Shown piece after piece: positions 26,314-36,591 of a DNA stretch of 40,000 bases; within the stretch, counting starts at the first letter, position 1, and every line of letters begins with the position of its first letter. The DNA comes from Bacillus sp. AFS098217. GTDB lineage: Bacteria > Bacillota > Bacilli > Bacillales > Bacillaceae_G. The position numbers and the translations under genes were made by a program. The stretch covers positions 3,166-43,165 of the forward strand of contig NZ_NVPR01000004.1 in NCBI RefSeq assembly GCF_002551815.1, written 5' to 3'. The notes beneath the pieces were generated by a model. The model was not told where the DNA came from. It did not search any database and saw nothing but the letters and a program-made list of their open reading frames with translations.

Positions 26314-26759
26314 TTACTTACAAGGATATTAAAAAGGCAATTAATAGCTTATTAACAAAAGAGTTTGCTATCGATATAAACAGTAATGATGTCAAAGAAG
26401 GCTTTGCTAGGCCTTCTTTTTTCGTGCAATTTGAGAACAGTAATCGTTCGGGTAATGAAAGCCAGGTGTACAAATCATTAACTGTTCAAATTTATTACTT
26501 CCCTTCTGATCGTCATAATTACTCAATCGAAGTAATGGAAGTACAAGAACAATTAGAGAATCTATTTGATTTGAAATTAAAAGTTCTTGATCGATTTTTT
26601 AACATCGATAACACAAGTGCAACAACAACTGACGGTGTTTTAAGCTTCTCATTCGATATCGCATTTTACGAAGGTCGAGAATTTGAATACAACACCACTG
26701 GTGTGGATTACCCAGTGGAACCAATGGAAGAATTAGATTTTGAAAAAGCGAAGGAGTGA
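26310..26759 (+). CDS. Tail completion / terminator-like structural protein (hypothetical)
   Basis: 149 aa, assigned from its position before the sheath gene. Confidence 0.5.
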   Translation: MITYKDIKKAINSLLTKEFAIDINSNDVKEGFARPSFFVQFENSNRSGNESQVYKSLTVQIYYFPSDRHNYSIEVMEVQEQLENLFDLKLKVLDRFFNIDNTSATTTDGVLSFSFDIAFYEGREFEYNTTGVDYPVEPMEELDFEKAKE

Positions 26760-26763
26760 TTTT

Positions 26764-27822
26764 ATGGGTTTACCACAGATAAATATTACTTTTGCTGGTA
26801 AGGCAAAAACAGCATTGGATCGAAGTAAATTAGGGATTGTTTTATTAATTTTGAAAGATGATACAAACGATGCTATTTCCACTGTATATAAAAATACTGA
26901 TGAAGTGAAAACAGCGGATTGGAGTGCTGATAATTTTGATTATATTCAGCAAGCATTTGAAGGTAATCCTAGCAAAGTGATTTGTGAGCGTGTTGCTACA
27001 TCAGTAACCACTTATGATGAAGTATTATTGCGCTTGAAGAATAAAAAATTTAATTACCTGGCTATTCCACAGATTAAGGATACAGAAACGGCATCGATTG
27101 TAACATGGATAAAAACAAAACGTGAAAAAGAAAAGAAAACCTTCAAAGCTGTATTGCCAAATAGTGCAGCCGATCATGAAGGGATTATTAATTTCACAAC
27201 TAGCGGAATTAAAGTTGGTGAAAAAGATTACACAACAGCAGAATATACAGCACGTGTTGCTGGTATTTTAGCCGGCTTACCGTTTACTCGTTCAGCTACT
27301 TATTATGTGTTGCCTGAAGTTAGTTCTATTACTGAAATTGAAGACCCAGATGAAGCGGTAGACAATGGGGAATTGATTTTAATTAATGATGGTGAGCACA
27401 TTAAAATTGGTCGTGGTGTGAACAGCCTAAAGACTACTACTGATACGAAAAATGACGACTTCAAGAGTATTCGAGTTATGGAAACTATGGACATGGTCCG
27501 TGACGATATTTACAACACTTTCAATGAGCAATATGTAGGGAAAGTAAACAATGTGTACGATAACCAGGTATTATTTATCACAGCTCTTAATGCATATTTT
27601 ACTGGATTAAGTAATGAATCCATTTTGGATGATAAATCGGATAATAAATCCTGGATTAACGTAACTCTTCAGCGGAAAGCTTGGGAAGGTGCTGGAGTAG
27701 ATACGTCGGATTGGGATGACCAAAAGGTTAAGGAAATGGTATTTAAACGCAATGTTTTCCTAGCTGGAACTATTAAAATAGTCGATACAATGGAAGATTT
27801 AGATTTCCAGATTGCTATGTAG
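26764..27822 (+). CDS. Contractile tail sheath protein (XkdK-like)
   Basis: ATG 26764 follows aaggag. The N-terminus MGLPQINITF and its position before the tube gene support the call. Confidence 0.75.
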   Translation: MGLPQINITFAGKAKTALDRSKLGIVLLILKDDTNDAISTVYKNTDEVKTADWSADNFDYIQQAFEGNPSKVICERVATSVTTYDEVLLRLKNKKFNYLAIPQIKDTETASIVTWIKTKREKEKKTFKAVLPNSAADHEGIINFTTSGIKVGEKDYTTAEYTARVAGILAGLPFTRSATYYVLPEVSSITEIEDPDEAVDNGELILINDGEHIKIGRGVNSLKTTTDTKNDDFKSIRVMETMDMVRDDIYNTFNEQYVGKVNNVYDNQVLFITALNAYFTGLSNESILDDKSDNKSWINVTLQRKAWEGAGVDTSDWDDQKVKEMVFKRNVFLAGTIKIVDTMEDLDFQIAM

Positions 27823-27835
27823 GGAGGTTCAATAG

Positions 27836-28270
27836 ATGGGTAAATTAAAAGGAAATAAGCAAATAAATGGTACCTTCGGTTCGGTTTGGGTAAATGGTGA
27901 AAAGTGGTTAGATGTTGAAAGTTTTGAAGCAAAAGTAACGATTGATTATGAAGATGTAAATATGGCGGAAGACTTAGCTACCCACAAGAAAATGATTGGA
28001 TGGACGGGTGAAGGTTCCATGACTGTGAAAAAAGTGTATTCCCGTGGAGCTAATCTATTAGCAAAGTCTGTGAAAGAAGGAATAGTACCAGAGGTTGGGA
28101 TTGTTGGGAAACTGGCGGATCCAGACGCATTTGGCGCTGAACGTGTGGCCATCAATGATGTTACCTTCAATGAGTTTATGTTGCTTCAATTTGAGCAAAA
28201 AACACTTGGTACAGAAGAATTATCGTTTAACTTTGCGGACTATGATCCAATCGATTTAATTTCAGCATAA
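27836..28270 (+). CDS. Tail tube protein (XkdM-like)
   Basis: 144 aa with INGTFGSVWVNGEKW ... KVTIDYEDV ... GEGSMTVKKVYSR. Confidence 0.8.
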   Translation: MGKLKGNKQINGTFGSVWVNGEKWLDVESFEAKVTIDYEDVNMAEDLATHKKMIGWTGEGSMTVKKVYSRGANLLAKSVKEGIVPEVGIVGKLADPDAFGAERVAINDVTFNEFMLLQFEQKTLGTEELSFNFADYDPIDLISA

Positions 28271-28282
28271 GGAGAGATAAAA

Positions 28283-28675
28283 ATGAAAGAGATTAAGAAA
28301 TTAACAGTAACGGATTTAATGAAGAATAAAGAGCAATATCAAGTAAAAGAGAATGTAACTGAAGAAGTATATATTGATCGTTTAGGTGCAAGTGTAACGA
28401 TTAGAAAACCTGAGAAGTCTTTATGTATTGAAGGTATGCAAATGGCACAGGATCCCAACCTGGTTGGTAAATCAGATGCATTTATTGTTTACAATGTTCT
28501 TGTAGAACCGAATTTAAAAGATAAACAATTACAAAAAGAATTTGGGTGTGTAGAGCCAACTGATATTGTTGATAAAATCTTTGAGCCTGGGGAAATCGGA
28601 AATATCGCTAAACTTGCATTAGAGTTAGTGGGATACACTAAGGCGTTAAAGAAGGTTAAGGACTTAAAAAACTAA
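28283..28675 (+). CDS. Tail assembly chaperone (XkdN-like), short form
   Basis: 130 aa, immediately upstream of the tape measure gene. Confidence 0.75.
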   Translation: MKEIKKLTVTDLMKNKEQYQVKENVTEEVYIDRLGASVTIRKPEKSLCIEGMQMAQDPNLVGKSDAFIVYNVLVEPNLKDKQLQKEFGCVEPTDIVDKIFEPGEIGNIAKLALELVGYTKALKKVKDLKN

Positions 28676-28833
28676 TTAAAAGTGATGAAGACTTTTATTT
28701 TCTTCATCACTATTTGCAAAAAGGATTCAAGCTAGATTATTTATTAAATTTACGGATAGATGAAAAGCTCTTTATGGCAGCTAGTATGAATCTACATTTG
28801 GAAGAAGAAAAAGCTAAGTTCTCTATGAAATAG
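28666..28833 (+). CDS. -1 frameshift extension of the tail assembly chaperone (G/GT-type long form)
   Basis: Slippery heptamer A AAA AAC (28666-28672) ends 1 nt before the zero-frame TAA. The -1 frame stays open for 55 codons to TAG 28831-28833 (KKLIKSDEDFYFLHHYLQKGFKLDYLL...). Confidence 0.7.
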   Translation, partial: KKLIKSDEDFYFLHHYLQKGFKLDYLLNLRIDEKLFMAASMNLHLEEEKAKFSMK

Positions 28834-28858
28834 CTTTTTCTTTTTTTATTGAAAAGAG

Positions 28859-30937
28859 GTGAAATATTTGGCCAGTAGAGTTATTTCAGCGGTACTGGAA
28901 TTGAGGGATCGCTTTTCCGATCAAATGCGAAGAGCAGCTGATAATGCAGATGATTTTAGAAATAGATTAAAACGTGTTGAATCTCAGACAAGCAGTTTAG
29001 CAACGGTAGCAGTTGCTAAGTTTGCAGCTGTAGGCGCAGGGGTAGCAACTATAAGTGCAGCTACAGCACCAGCGGTGGCTGGAATTGGTGCGTTAGGTGC
29101 TTCTTTTGCTGCAGCTGGAATTGGTGCCGCTGCCTTCGGTGCGGTCTCAGTTTCTGTGTTAGGTGATGTATTCAGTAAGGCAGAAGAAGTAGGGAAAATT
29201 GAAGAGAAAATTGCGGATGCTGACACGGCTAAAGAGAAGCTAGCAGCACAAAAAGAACTTGCGGCAGTATACGAAGATATGGGAAATAAGCAAAAAGAAG
29301 CTATTAAAAACTTACAGGAATTTAAAAGTTTCTGGGGAGAATTCACAAAACAGTTTGAAGAACCTGTATTTGCACTATTTGGCCAGGGGTTAAAACTCAC
29401 TCAAGCAATACTAAAGGAAATGGCTCCCACAATATCAAGTGTTGCAGATGTTTTTGTTGAATTGATGGGTGAAGCGACAAATGCTATAGAAGCTGGAGGT
29501 TTAAAACCATTCTTTGAATGGCTAGAAACAAATGCAGCTGAGGCACTTTATAGCTTTGCTCATATTTTCGGAAACACCTTTGCAGGGATATTCTCATTAC
29601 TTCAAGCATTTGCCCCTTTAGGTGCCAGTATGGAAGAGGGGCTTTTAAGTTTGACCGAAAAGTTTAAAAACTGGGCTGCAAGTGTAGGAGAATCCCAAGG
29701 ATTCAAAGATTTTATCGATTATGCTAAAACAAATGGTCCAGTAATAATGGACATTTTAGGGAATGTTTTTGATGTAATTGTGGATGTAGGTGTGGCATTA
29801 GCGCCATTAGGTGAAAAACTATTGGGAGTGTTTCAAAATATCACCAACTTTCTTGCAGATTCAGAAGGAGTGAAAGAGTTCTTCCAAACACTTTCCGATA
29901 TTGGTATATCTATCATTGATAACTGGGGCCCGATATCTGATATTCTTATCAGTTTAACGGCCGGAGTAGCGGCTTTTAAAATAGCAATGGCAGGTATGGA
30001 AATCATAGGAATAGTTAATACACTGATGATGGCTTGGCACTCAGGAACATTAATGCAAACTACGGCACAATTGTTATTGAATAGTGCTATGTTAGCAAAT
30101 CCACTTACATGGGTTGCAGCTGCGATAGCGGCACTTATAGCAATAGGTGTACTTCTTTATTTAAACTGGGACACTGTGAAAGCAAAAGCAGGGGAATTAT
30201 GGTCCTGGTTAGTTGAAAAATGGGAAGGCATAAAATCAGCAACGTCCGAAGCTTGGAACGCAACAAAAGAATATATCTCTTCAGCGATTCAGGGGGCATG
30301 GGATAGTGTAGTTAGTACGGCTGAGTCCATATGGAACAGTATTGTTGAAAAGTGGAATTCTGTGAAACAATCAACGCAAGAAACCTGGGATGGTATAAAA
30401 ACAGCGATCAGTGACGCGATGAGCAGTGCAGGTGCTGCGATAAGCGATTTTTTTAGTCCACTTTTAAATTTTATCGATAGTGCAAAAGGTGCGTGGGATG
30501 GTTTTGTTGGTAAAATAACGAGCTTTAAAATGCCATCGTTCAGTTTCCCATCCTTACCATCATGGTTAGGGGGTGGCGGTGGAGCCGATGGCTCTCATGC
30601 TACAGGCTTGGCAAATGTACCATTTGATGGTTATAAAGCTGTCTTGCATAAAGGTGAAGCGGTTCTTACGGCTAGTCAGTCGAGTGCATTACGTGATGCT
30701 GGCATGTTAAAAGAAAATGCTAATGGTACTCCTACACTTAGTTTCAATTCTTCGGATGAAAATGCACAAGGTAGAAGTGCTGTCACTACTAATACGGATT
30801 CAAGTAATACAAGCAGCACTAACAATACAACCAACAAAAATAATGTTGTAGTAAATATTTATCCTCAAGGAACAACGGCAAAAGAGGTAATAAATGAGCT
30901 CGTACCTCAATTGGAATTAGCATTAGCAAATATGTAG
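28859..30937 (+). CDS. Tail tape measure protein
   Basis: 692 aa with Ala/Gly-rich TM-like segments and helical repeats. The start is GTG 28859 or the in-frame TTG 28868. Confidence 0.9.
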   Translation: MKYLASRVISAVLELRDRFSDQMRRAADNADDFRNRLKRVESQTSSLATVAVAKFAAVGAGVATISAATAPAVAGIGALGASFAAAGIGAAAFGAVSVSVLGDVFSKAEEVGKIEEKIADADTAKEKLAAQKELAAVYEDMGNKQKEAIKNLQEFKSFWGEFTKQFEEPVFALFGQGLKLTQAILKEMAPTISSVADVFVELMGEATNAIEAGGLKPFFEWLETNAAEALYSFAHIFGNTFAGIFSLLQAFAPLGASMEEGLLSLTEKFKNWAASVGESQGFKDFIDYAKTNGPVIMDILGNVFDVIVDVGVALAPLGEKLLGVFQNITNFLADSEGVKEFFQTLSDIGISIIDNWGPISDILISLTAGVAAFKIAMAGMEIIGIVNTLMMAWHSGTLMQTTAQLLLNSAMLANPLTWVAAAIAALIAIGVLLYLNWDTVKAKAGELWSWLVEKWEGIKSATSEAWNATKEYISSAIQGAWDSVVSTAESIWNSIVEKWNSVKQSTQETWDGIKTAISDAMSSAGAAISDFFSPLLNFIDSAKGAWDGFVGKITSFKMPSFSFPSLPSWLGGGGGADGSHATGLANVPFDGYKAVLHKGEAVLTASQSSALRDAGMLKENANGTPTLSFNSSDENAQGRSAVTTNTDSSNTSSTNNTTNKNNVVVNIYPQGTTAKEVINELVPQLELALANM

Positions 30938-30950
30938 GGGTGGTGTAATA

Positions 30951-31364
30951 GTGGATATTATATTCTTTGCTAATAATAGGGAAGAGATGTTGCAACTTCC
31001 CATTGTTCCAGAAAATCAACAATGGGATGCACCACAAAAAAATGAAACATTCGATACCATTCAAAAAGGAGAGATTAATTTAATTGGTCTAAAAGGATTG
31101 ACCACTTTAAATATCTCTTCTTTTTTTCCTATGAAAGACTATTCATTTGCTAAAAGCAATACAAAAGGAGAAGAGTGTATTGCTTTTTTTAAGAAGTGGA
31201 AAGAAAGACGTGAACCTATAAGAATTATCATCATTAGTAAAACAAACCTGGAATTGTTAAATATTCTTGTTTCCATTGAGAACTTCACGTATGGAATAGA
31301 CAGAGCTGGAGATATTCCATATAAGCTTGATTTAAAAGAGTATATCCCTGTGAGGGTAACATAA
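30951..31364 (+). CDS. Tail / baseplate-proximal protein (XkdP position, no LysM seen)
   Basis: 137 aa, GTG start, assigned by position. Confidence 0.5.
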   Translation: MDIIFFANNREEMLQLPIVPENQQWDAPQKNETFDTIQKGEINLIGLKGLTTLNISSFFPMKDYSFAKSNTKGEECIAFFKKWKERREPIRIIIISKTNLELLNILVSIENFTYGIDRAGDIPYKLDLKEYIPVRVT

Positions 31365-32299
31365 TGGCACATCAAGTATATGTAAACACGTCAAATATCA
31401 CACAGTTAGTTGGAAACCTGGGATGGGAAAGTAATGTTGATACGCTTGGTGTTAAGCTTGATTTCAACTTGGCTTATTCCGATGTGAAAGGTTTTCCGAG
31501 AAACGTTGTTTCTATTGGTGATATCGTCACCTTAAGGAATGGGAATAAAGAGATTTTTAGAGGGATTGTAGTATCTGAAAGTGCTTCTGGTAGATCACCA
31601 AGGTCATATACGTGTTTTGATTTTGCTTTTTATCTAAACAAAAGTAAAACAATCATTCAATTTAATGGCCACACGGCAGATGATGCAATTCGAAAAGTAT
31701 TGATAGAGTTTAATGTGCCGCACAATGTAACGGATATTTCTACTCAAATAAACACTATCTATAAGGACAAAGTTGTAAGTGATATTATCAAGGATATTTT
31801 AGAGCAAGCTACTAATGAATTAGGTGTGAAGTACAGAATGGAAATGCGCGGCTGGGCCCTGTTTATTGAAAAACAGACTGACTTGGTTGTATCAGCTATG
31901 GTGGATTTGATTAGTAACCCATCTCGTAAACGATCAATTGAAGAAATGAAGAATAGTATTATAATCATTTCAGATAAAGACCAGGAAACAAGTATTGTTG
32001 CAACCGCAAAGGATAGTAACAGTATCAGGAAATATGGTTTACTGCAAGAGATACGAAATGTAAATGAGGAGGAAATGGCCCAAGCGCAAAACATAGCTCA
32101 CAATGTATTAAATGATTTAAACCGAATCAAAGAAGATAACAGTATTGAATTACTAGGTAATGATGATGTCAGAGCTGGTAGGATTTTAAAAGTAAATGAG
32201 CCAATCACAGGGATGAGTGGTAAATATTTAATTACCAGCTGTAAGCATACTGTAAATAATGGTATTCACAAAATGTCATTGTCGTTAGGGGTGACATAA
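31364..32299 (+). CDS. XkdQ/YqbQ-family baseplate hub-like protein
   Basis: 311 aa. Position and N-terminal pattern fit the family. Confidence 0.7.
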   Translation: MAHQVYVNTSNITQLVGNLGWESNVDTLGVKLDFNLAYSDVKGFPRNVVSIGDIVTLRNGNKEIFRGIVVSESASGRSPRSYTCFDFAFYLNKSKTIIQFNGHTADDAIRKVLIEFNVPHNVTDISTQINTIYKDKVVSDIIKDILEQATNELGVKYRMEMRGWALFIEKQTDLVVSAMVDLISNPSRKRSIEEMKNSIIIISDKDQETSIVATAKDSNSIRKYGLLQEIRNVNEEEMAQAQNIAHNVLNDLNRIKEDNSIELLGNDDVRAGRILKVNEPITGMSGKYLITSCKHTVNNGIHKMSLSLGVT

Positions 32300-32640
32300 T
32301 GAATGGAATTGTGGAATTAGCTAAGTTATTTAAAGACAGAGAAAACGAACCGTATGAAGGTTATGTAATAGGGGAAGTCATGGCTGACTTTCCAGATGTG
32401 AAAATTAAAATTGACGATAACATTCATTTGGATGTATCACATTTAGTATTCGCAGCACACCTTCTAAGTAACTATACACGCGAGTATGAAATAGTTGACG
32501 AGTTTAGTGTTACTACGGGAAAAATAAAATGGACTGATACCATTAAAAAAGGTGATAGAGTCATTTTAGTTCCGTCGCAAAATGGCCAATCGTACATTGT
32601 CATAGATAAGGCGGTGACATTTAATGTTTCCGGTAATTGA
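32299..32640 (+). CDS. DUF2577 (XkdR-like) baseplate protein
   Basis: 113 aa in a syntenic position. Confidence 0.65.
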   Translation: MNGIVELAKLFKDRENEPYEGYVIGEVMADFPDVKIKIDDNIHLDVSHLVFAAHLLSNYTREYEIVDEFSVTTGKIKWTDTIKKGDRVILVPSQNGQSYIVIDKAVTFNVSGN

Positions 32641-33067
32641 TGAATCAAACATACCAAATGAAGAAAAGGAATCTCAAAAGGCTCGTCATACTGGCAAGTC
32701 TTTTCTTTATGACTTCAAAAAGGGTGACTTTGTTACGCAAAATGGCAAACTTGTAGAAGTTATAGGTACTGAGGCGTTGAAAGTTTGGATTGAAAAAATC
32801 ATTCGTACAGAAAAATTTAGATTCAGGATATATGAAGCAACCAGTGATGATCAGTATGGTGTTACGATTGAAGATTTATTCAGTTCACCACTACCTCGTG
32901 CATTTATAGAATCTGAAATAAAACGTGAAGTTACAGCATCGATACTCACACACAGTGAGATACAAAGCCTTGAAGATTGGGGATTTGAATATAAAGGTGG
33001 CCGTACTTCTATTCATTTTACTGTGGAATTAATCGATGGCGCATTTAACTTTGAGGTGGTGATCTAA
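32624..33067 (+). CDS. DUF2634 (XkdS-like) baseplate protein
   Basis: KSFLYDFKKGDF ... GTEALKVWIEKIIRTEKFRFRIYE ... YGV pattern. Confidence 0.7.
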   Translation: MFPVIDESNIPNEEKESQKARHTGKSFLYDFKKGDFVTQNGKLVEVIGTEALKVWIEKIIRTEKFRFRIYEATSDDQYGVTIEDLFSSPLPRAFIESEIKREVTASILTHSEIQSLEDWGFEYKGGRTSIHFTVELIDGAFNFEVVI

Positions 33068-34108
33068 TTGGAGACTGAACAAGACATTCAAAATCGGATG
33101 TTAAGTAAGATAGGTGAGGAACATGATAAAAGCACCGGTTCATTTATATATGATGCAACAAAACCAGCTGCAATTGAGTTTGAAACCAAAAACAAAGAGA
33201 TTGCAGCTGTTCAAGATAAATTGGATATAGAAAAATTGACGGATAAAGAGTTGGAGCGGTTTATCTATCAAAGAACCGGTATTGAAAGAAAACGAGCTAC
33301 AAAGGCAACAGAAGAAGTTATTATTTCCGGTTCACAGGGGTCTTCTATCAGTAAAGGTGAATTGGTCGGGACAGATACCATTAACTTTGTATCACTGGAA
33401 GATAAGGTAATTAATGAGTCTGGCTTAATGCATGTGTTAGTCGAGTGTGAAAAGCCTGGGAAAATTGGCAATGTGCCAGCCAGTAGCATTACTAAGTTTC
33501 CAGTAACCCTTCCAGGGTTAATTAATGTATATAACCCAAGACCTTTCACAAATGGGTATGAGGCTGAGTCAGATACTGATCTAAGACAACGATATTATGA
33601 CAAACTCCAAAAGCCAGGTAAGGCAGGCAATAAATATCACTATCTTGAATGGGCAAAAGAAGTTACAGGTGTTGGAGATGCAAGGGTGGTACCGCGTTTT
33701 AATGGTCCACTTACAATGAAAGTAGTGATTATTGATGCAAACAAACAACCAGCATCTAAAGAGTTAATACAAAACGTCCGTGAACACATCGAAAATGAAA
33801 TGCCATTTGGTGTGGAAGAATTGCGAGTATCTACGGCAGCTGCTGTCCCTATAAATCTATCAGTATCTTTAACATTGGCTGATGGTTATACAGAAGAAAC
33901 GGTGAAGGCTCATATTAAAACAAATGGAATAGAGTACCTTCAACAAATTGCTTTTAAAACAAGTTTTGTTAGCTATGCCAAAATTGGCGCACTCATTATC
34001 GCAAGTGAAGGTGTGTTGGATTATCAAAACCTATTAGTAAATGGTGGAGCGACCAATATTCCAATTGGTAATGAAGAAGTAGCGATTATGGGAGGTGTCA
34101 ACGAATGA
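33068..34108 (+). CDS. Baseplate J / gp47-family protein (XkdT-like)
   Basis: 346 aa, TTG start after gaggtgg, typical size and position. Confidence 0.85.
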   Translation: METEQDIQNRMLSKIGEEHDKSTGSFIYDATKPAAIEFETKNKEIAAVQDKLDIEKLTDKELERFIYQRTGIERKRATKATEEVIISGSQGSSISKGELVGTDTINFVSLEDKVINESGLMHVLVECEKPGKIGNVPASSITKFPVTLPGLINVYNPRPFTNGYEAESDTDLRQRYYDKLQKPGKAGNKYHYLEWAKEVTGVGDARVVPRFNGPLTMKVVIIDANKQPASKELIQNVREHIENEMPFGVEELRVSTAAAVPINLSVSLTLADGYTEETVKAHIKTNGIEYLQQIAFKTSFVSYAKIGALIIASEGVLDYQNLLVNGGATNIPIGNEEVAIMGGVNE

Positions 34109-34452
34109 ATCATATGAGTGTGTATTTAAAGAATAAAGTACTGACGGATAACTTAAGAACAAACCTAGTGTATGTAGCTTTATTCAATTCAGATGTGGAA
34201 GTTTCAAAAGCAAGTTATACAAGGCAAGCTATAACATTTGTGGAACCAACAGATGGACAAACGTCAAACAATGCCGATGTTCTTTTTCCTATTGCTGCTG
34301 AAGTATGGGGAGATATTACACACATTGGTATTTTTGATAGTGCGACAAGTGGCAACTTGCTTTTTAAGTCTCCTGCAGAGTTCGTTAAAAATATTGATGT
34401 TTCAAGTCAGTATAAAATACCGAAAAACTACTTAATTGTTCGGTTGAAGTAG
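34105..34452 (+). CDS. Hypothetical tail protein (115 aa)
   Basis: ATGA overlap, within the tail-fibre region. Confidence 0.55.
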   Translation: MNHMSVYLKNKVLTDNLRTNLVYVALFNSDVEVSKASYTRQAITFVEPTDGQTSNNADVLFPIAAEVWGDITHIGIFDSATSGNLLFKSPAEFVKNIDVSSQYKIPKNYLIVRLK

Positions 34453-34461
34453 GTGGTGTAA

Positions 34462-35280
34462 ATGCACGCTATACAAGAACAACAGTGGGGACAAGTAAAA
34501 GTTCGCACTTGGAAAGAATTAAACGCTCATCAGTGGGAATGCTTCAGAATGGCATTAATGGAGTCCGAAACGGACTTAACTGTGCAAGGTGTAAAAGTAG
34601 TTCAATCGGGCGCTGTAAATGAATTGTCTACTGAAATGCAAACACAAGGGATTCGAGTAGAACATTCACCTGCTATTATGCAAACCATTACTGAAATGAT
34701 TACAAGTATAGTAGTTTCGAAGAGAGACTATAAAACGGACCTGCTTAAATATTTACCTTTATACGAGCGGAAATCAGCTGTTTTTAAAGGTATCATGACC
34801 TCGTATGATAGGGAGCTTAGGAACTTAGAGCAAAGTCTGGAAGTAGTCGATAGAAACATATTCTTGGATACTGCGATTGAAACATTGCCTATTTTTGAAC
34901 GCGATTTGGGGATAAAGCCAGTTAAAACATTACGCTATGATCAGCGCCGTGAACAAATTTCTTCAAGGTATCGAGCAAGTTTTGACCAAACCACTGAAGA
35001 AACAATTAAATCAGTAGCAAAGGCCTATAGTAATGGCGAAGTAGAAGTAAATAAAACAGATACCCCAGGTATCTATGAAATTAAATTTATAGGTACCATA
35101 GGAATCCCGAACAATTTAGATGGTTTAAAGCAAGCGTTGGATATTGTTATGCCAGCTCATCTTGGATTGATATATACATTCGTATTTAATCCTTGGGATA
35201 TGTGGAGAAGAAGCACATGGGGTGAAGTTAAAGATAAGACTTGGAACAATTTAAGAGTATGGGATGAGGCGAAAGAATGA
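34462..35280 (+). CDS. YmfQ/XkdU-like (DUF2313) tail protein with an N-terminal extension
   Basis: LKYLPLYERKSAVFKGIMTSYDRELRNLE ... LPIFERDLGI pattern. Confidence 0.7.
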   Translation: MHAIQEQQWGQVKVRTWKELNAHQWECFRMALMESETDLTVQGVKVVQSGAVNELSTEMQTQGIRVEHSPAIMQTITEMITSIVVSKRDYKTDLLKYLPLYERKSAVFKGIMTSYDRELRNLEQSLEVVDRNIFLDTAIETLPIFERDLGIKPVKTLRYDQRREQISSRYRASFDQTTEETIKSVAKAYSNGEVEVNKTDTPGIYEIKFIGTIGIPNNLDGLKQALDIVMPAHLGLIYTFVFNPWDMWRRSTWGEVKDKTWNNLRVWDEAKE

Positions 35281-35639
35281 AAAATACATTGAATTATAAT
35301 TTAAAGAAACCTGACTTAGAGGATTATGTAAATGTCGCTGATCTTAATGACAATATGGATATTGTGGATGGTGAAATCAAGAAGAACACAGACAAAATCG
35401 ATGTTTTAGAACAAAATTTAGAAACGCATGTTGCTGATAGTGAGAAGCATATAACAGCAGAAGAGCGGGCGATATGGAATAGTAAAGCAGAAGGTAATAT
35501 TAGAGAGGATGCAACAAAACCTCTTAGAGTGGAGGTGAAGAGTTCCTTGCCATCAGTTGGAGTAGAAGGACAAATTGTTCTTGATAAATCAGGCTCTATT
35601 CCTAAATTTAAAGGTTATACTGGTGGCAAGTGGGTTTGA
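35277..35639 (+). CDS. Tail fibre N-terminal (baseplate-attachment) module
   Basis: 120 aa. MKNTLNYNLKKPDLEDYVNVADLNDNMDIVDGEIKK is a common Firmicute phage fibre N-terminus. Confidence 0.65.
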   Translation: MKNTLNYNLKKPDLEDYVNVADLNDNMDIVDGEIKKNTDKIDVLEQNLETHVADSEKHITAEERAIWNSKAEGNIREDATKPLRVEVKSSLPSVGVEGQIVLDKSGSIPKFKGYTGGKWV

Positions 35640-36591
35640 CTTATTAGGTAATAGTACCGGTATGGTAGCTGGTACTTCTGTAGGAGTTATAAATGGTGTG
35701 CTTTTCACTGATACAAAAATTATTTTTATAAACGGTACTACAGAAATTACATCATATGATAAAGAAACATATCAACTTGTAAAAAAAATAACTACAGAAC
35801 CTTTAAATGGCGGCGCGTATTATATCGCTGGAAACTCAAAATACTTTGCGATAATTTCTCACAATTCCTCTGCCCAAGAATCAATACTTATTTATGATGA
35901 AAACTTAAATAAACTAGTTCAAGAAAGCGGTAATGGACAATATTTTAATCAAGTGATATTTGAAGATAACTATTGCTACATTCAAAAAGGTACTCACGGT
36001 GGCAGTAATAATAGAATACTGAAGTATTTATTGCCTAGTTTTACATTGGTTGCATCCACTACAGGAGAATATGGCATTGCAAATTCAGCAAACCCATTTG
36101 TGGATAAAGATTTTCTTTACATGCTCGCACCAAATAACACTAAAGAAATTAGAAAGTATTTAAAGTCAAACTTGTCTTTAGTTTCGTCGTATAGTAATCT
36201 ACCTGATTATTCAAAGTGGGTATTTGCTACTGATAACTATATTTATGTTGTTTCATATTTACTTAGCGGAGTGCCTGGGACCACTTATAGACTGGATAAA
36301 TCATTAAAAGAAATGACTCGAATATCTGATCCTGTGTTATATGTTTCTAAGGGCTGTTATTATACGAAGCGAACAGAAAATGTAATTAATACTGGTACAC
36401 AATATGCTTTAGCTTGTGTAGATGAGCTAAGTGGAAATGTTTTGCGCAATGTAAGAATTATAAGTGATATGAAAGTGGTTGGTGACTATACAAAGAAAAA
36501 TTCAGCGCCAACTTTTTTCTCTGGGCAAAATGATGCTAATTTAAAAGGTATGTATATTGAAATAAAAGATTTTGGGGGCGACTTTTTATGA
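35623..36591 (+). CDS. Tail fibre distal / receptor-binding module (start uncertain: 35575 TTG, 35623 GTG or 35662 ATG)
   Basis: The ORF is in the +1 frame relative to the previous gene and overlaps it. It has recurrent hydrophobic-aromatic strand-like motifs (YYIAGNSKYFAII, YCYIQKG, FLYMLAP, YIYVVSY). Confidence 0.6.
   Translation: MASGFDLLGNSTGMVAGTSVGVINGVLFTDTKIIFINGTTEITSYDKETYQLVKKITTEPLNGGAYYIAGNSKYFAIISHNSSAQESILIYDENLNKLVQESGNGQYFNQVIFEDNYCYIQKGTHGGSNNRILKYLLPSFTLVASTTGEYGIANSANPFVDKDFLYMLAPNNTKEIRKYLKSNLSLVSSYSNLPDYSKWVFATDNYIYVVSYLLSGVPGTTYRLDKSLKEMTRISDPVLYVSKGCYYTKRTENVINTGTQYALACVDELSGNVLRNVRIISDMKVVGDYTKKNSAPTFFSGQNDANLKGMYIEIKDFGGDFL

Noticed and set aside
28984-29400. Minus-strand 138-aa Ala/Ser-rich ORF inside the tape measure gene
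   Set aside because: It mirrors the Ala/Gly-rich tape measure coding region and so is an antisense artefact.
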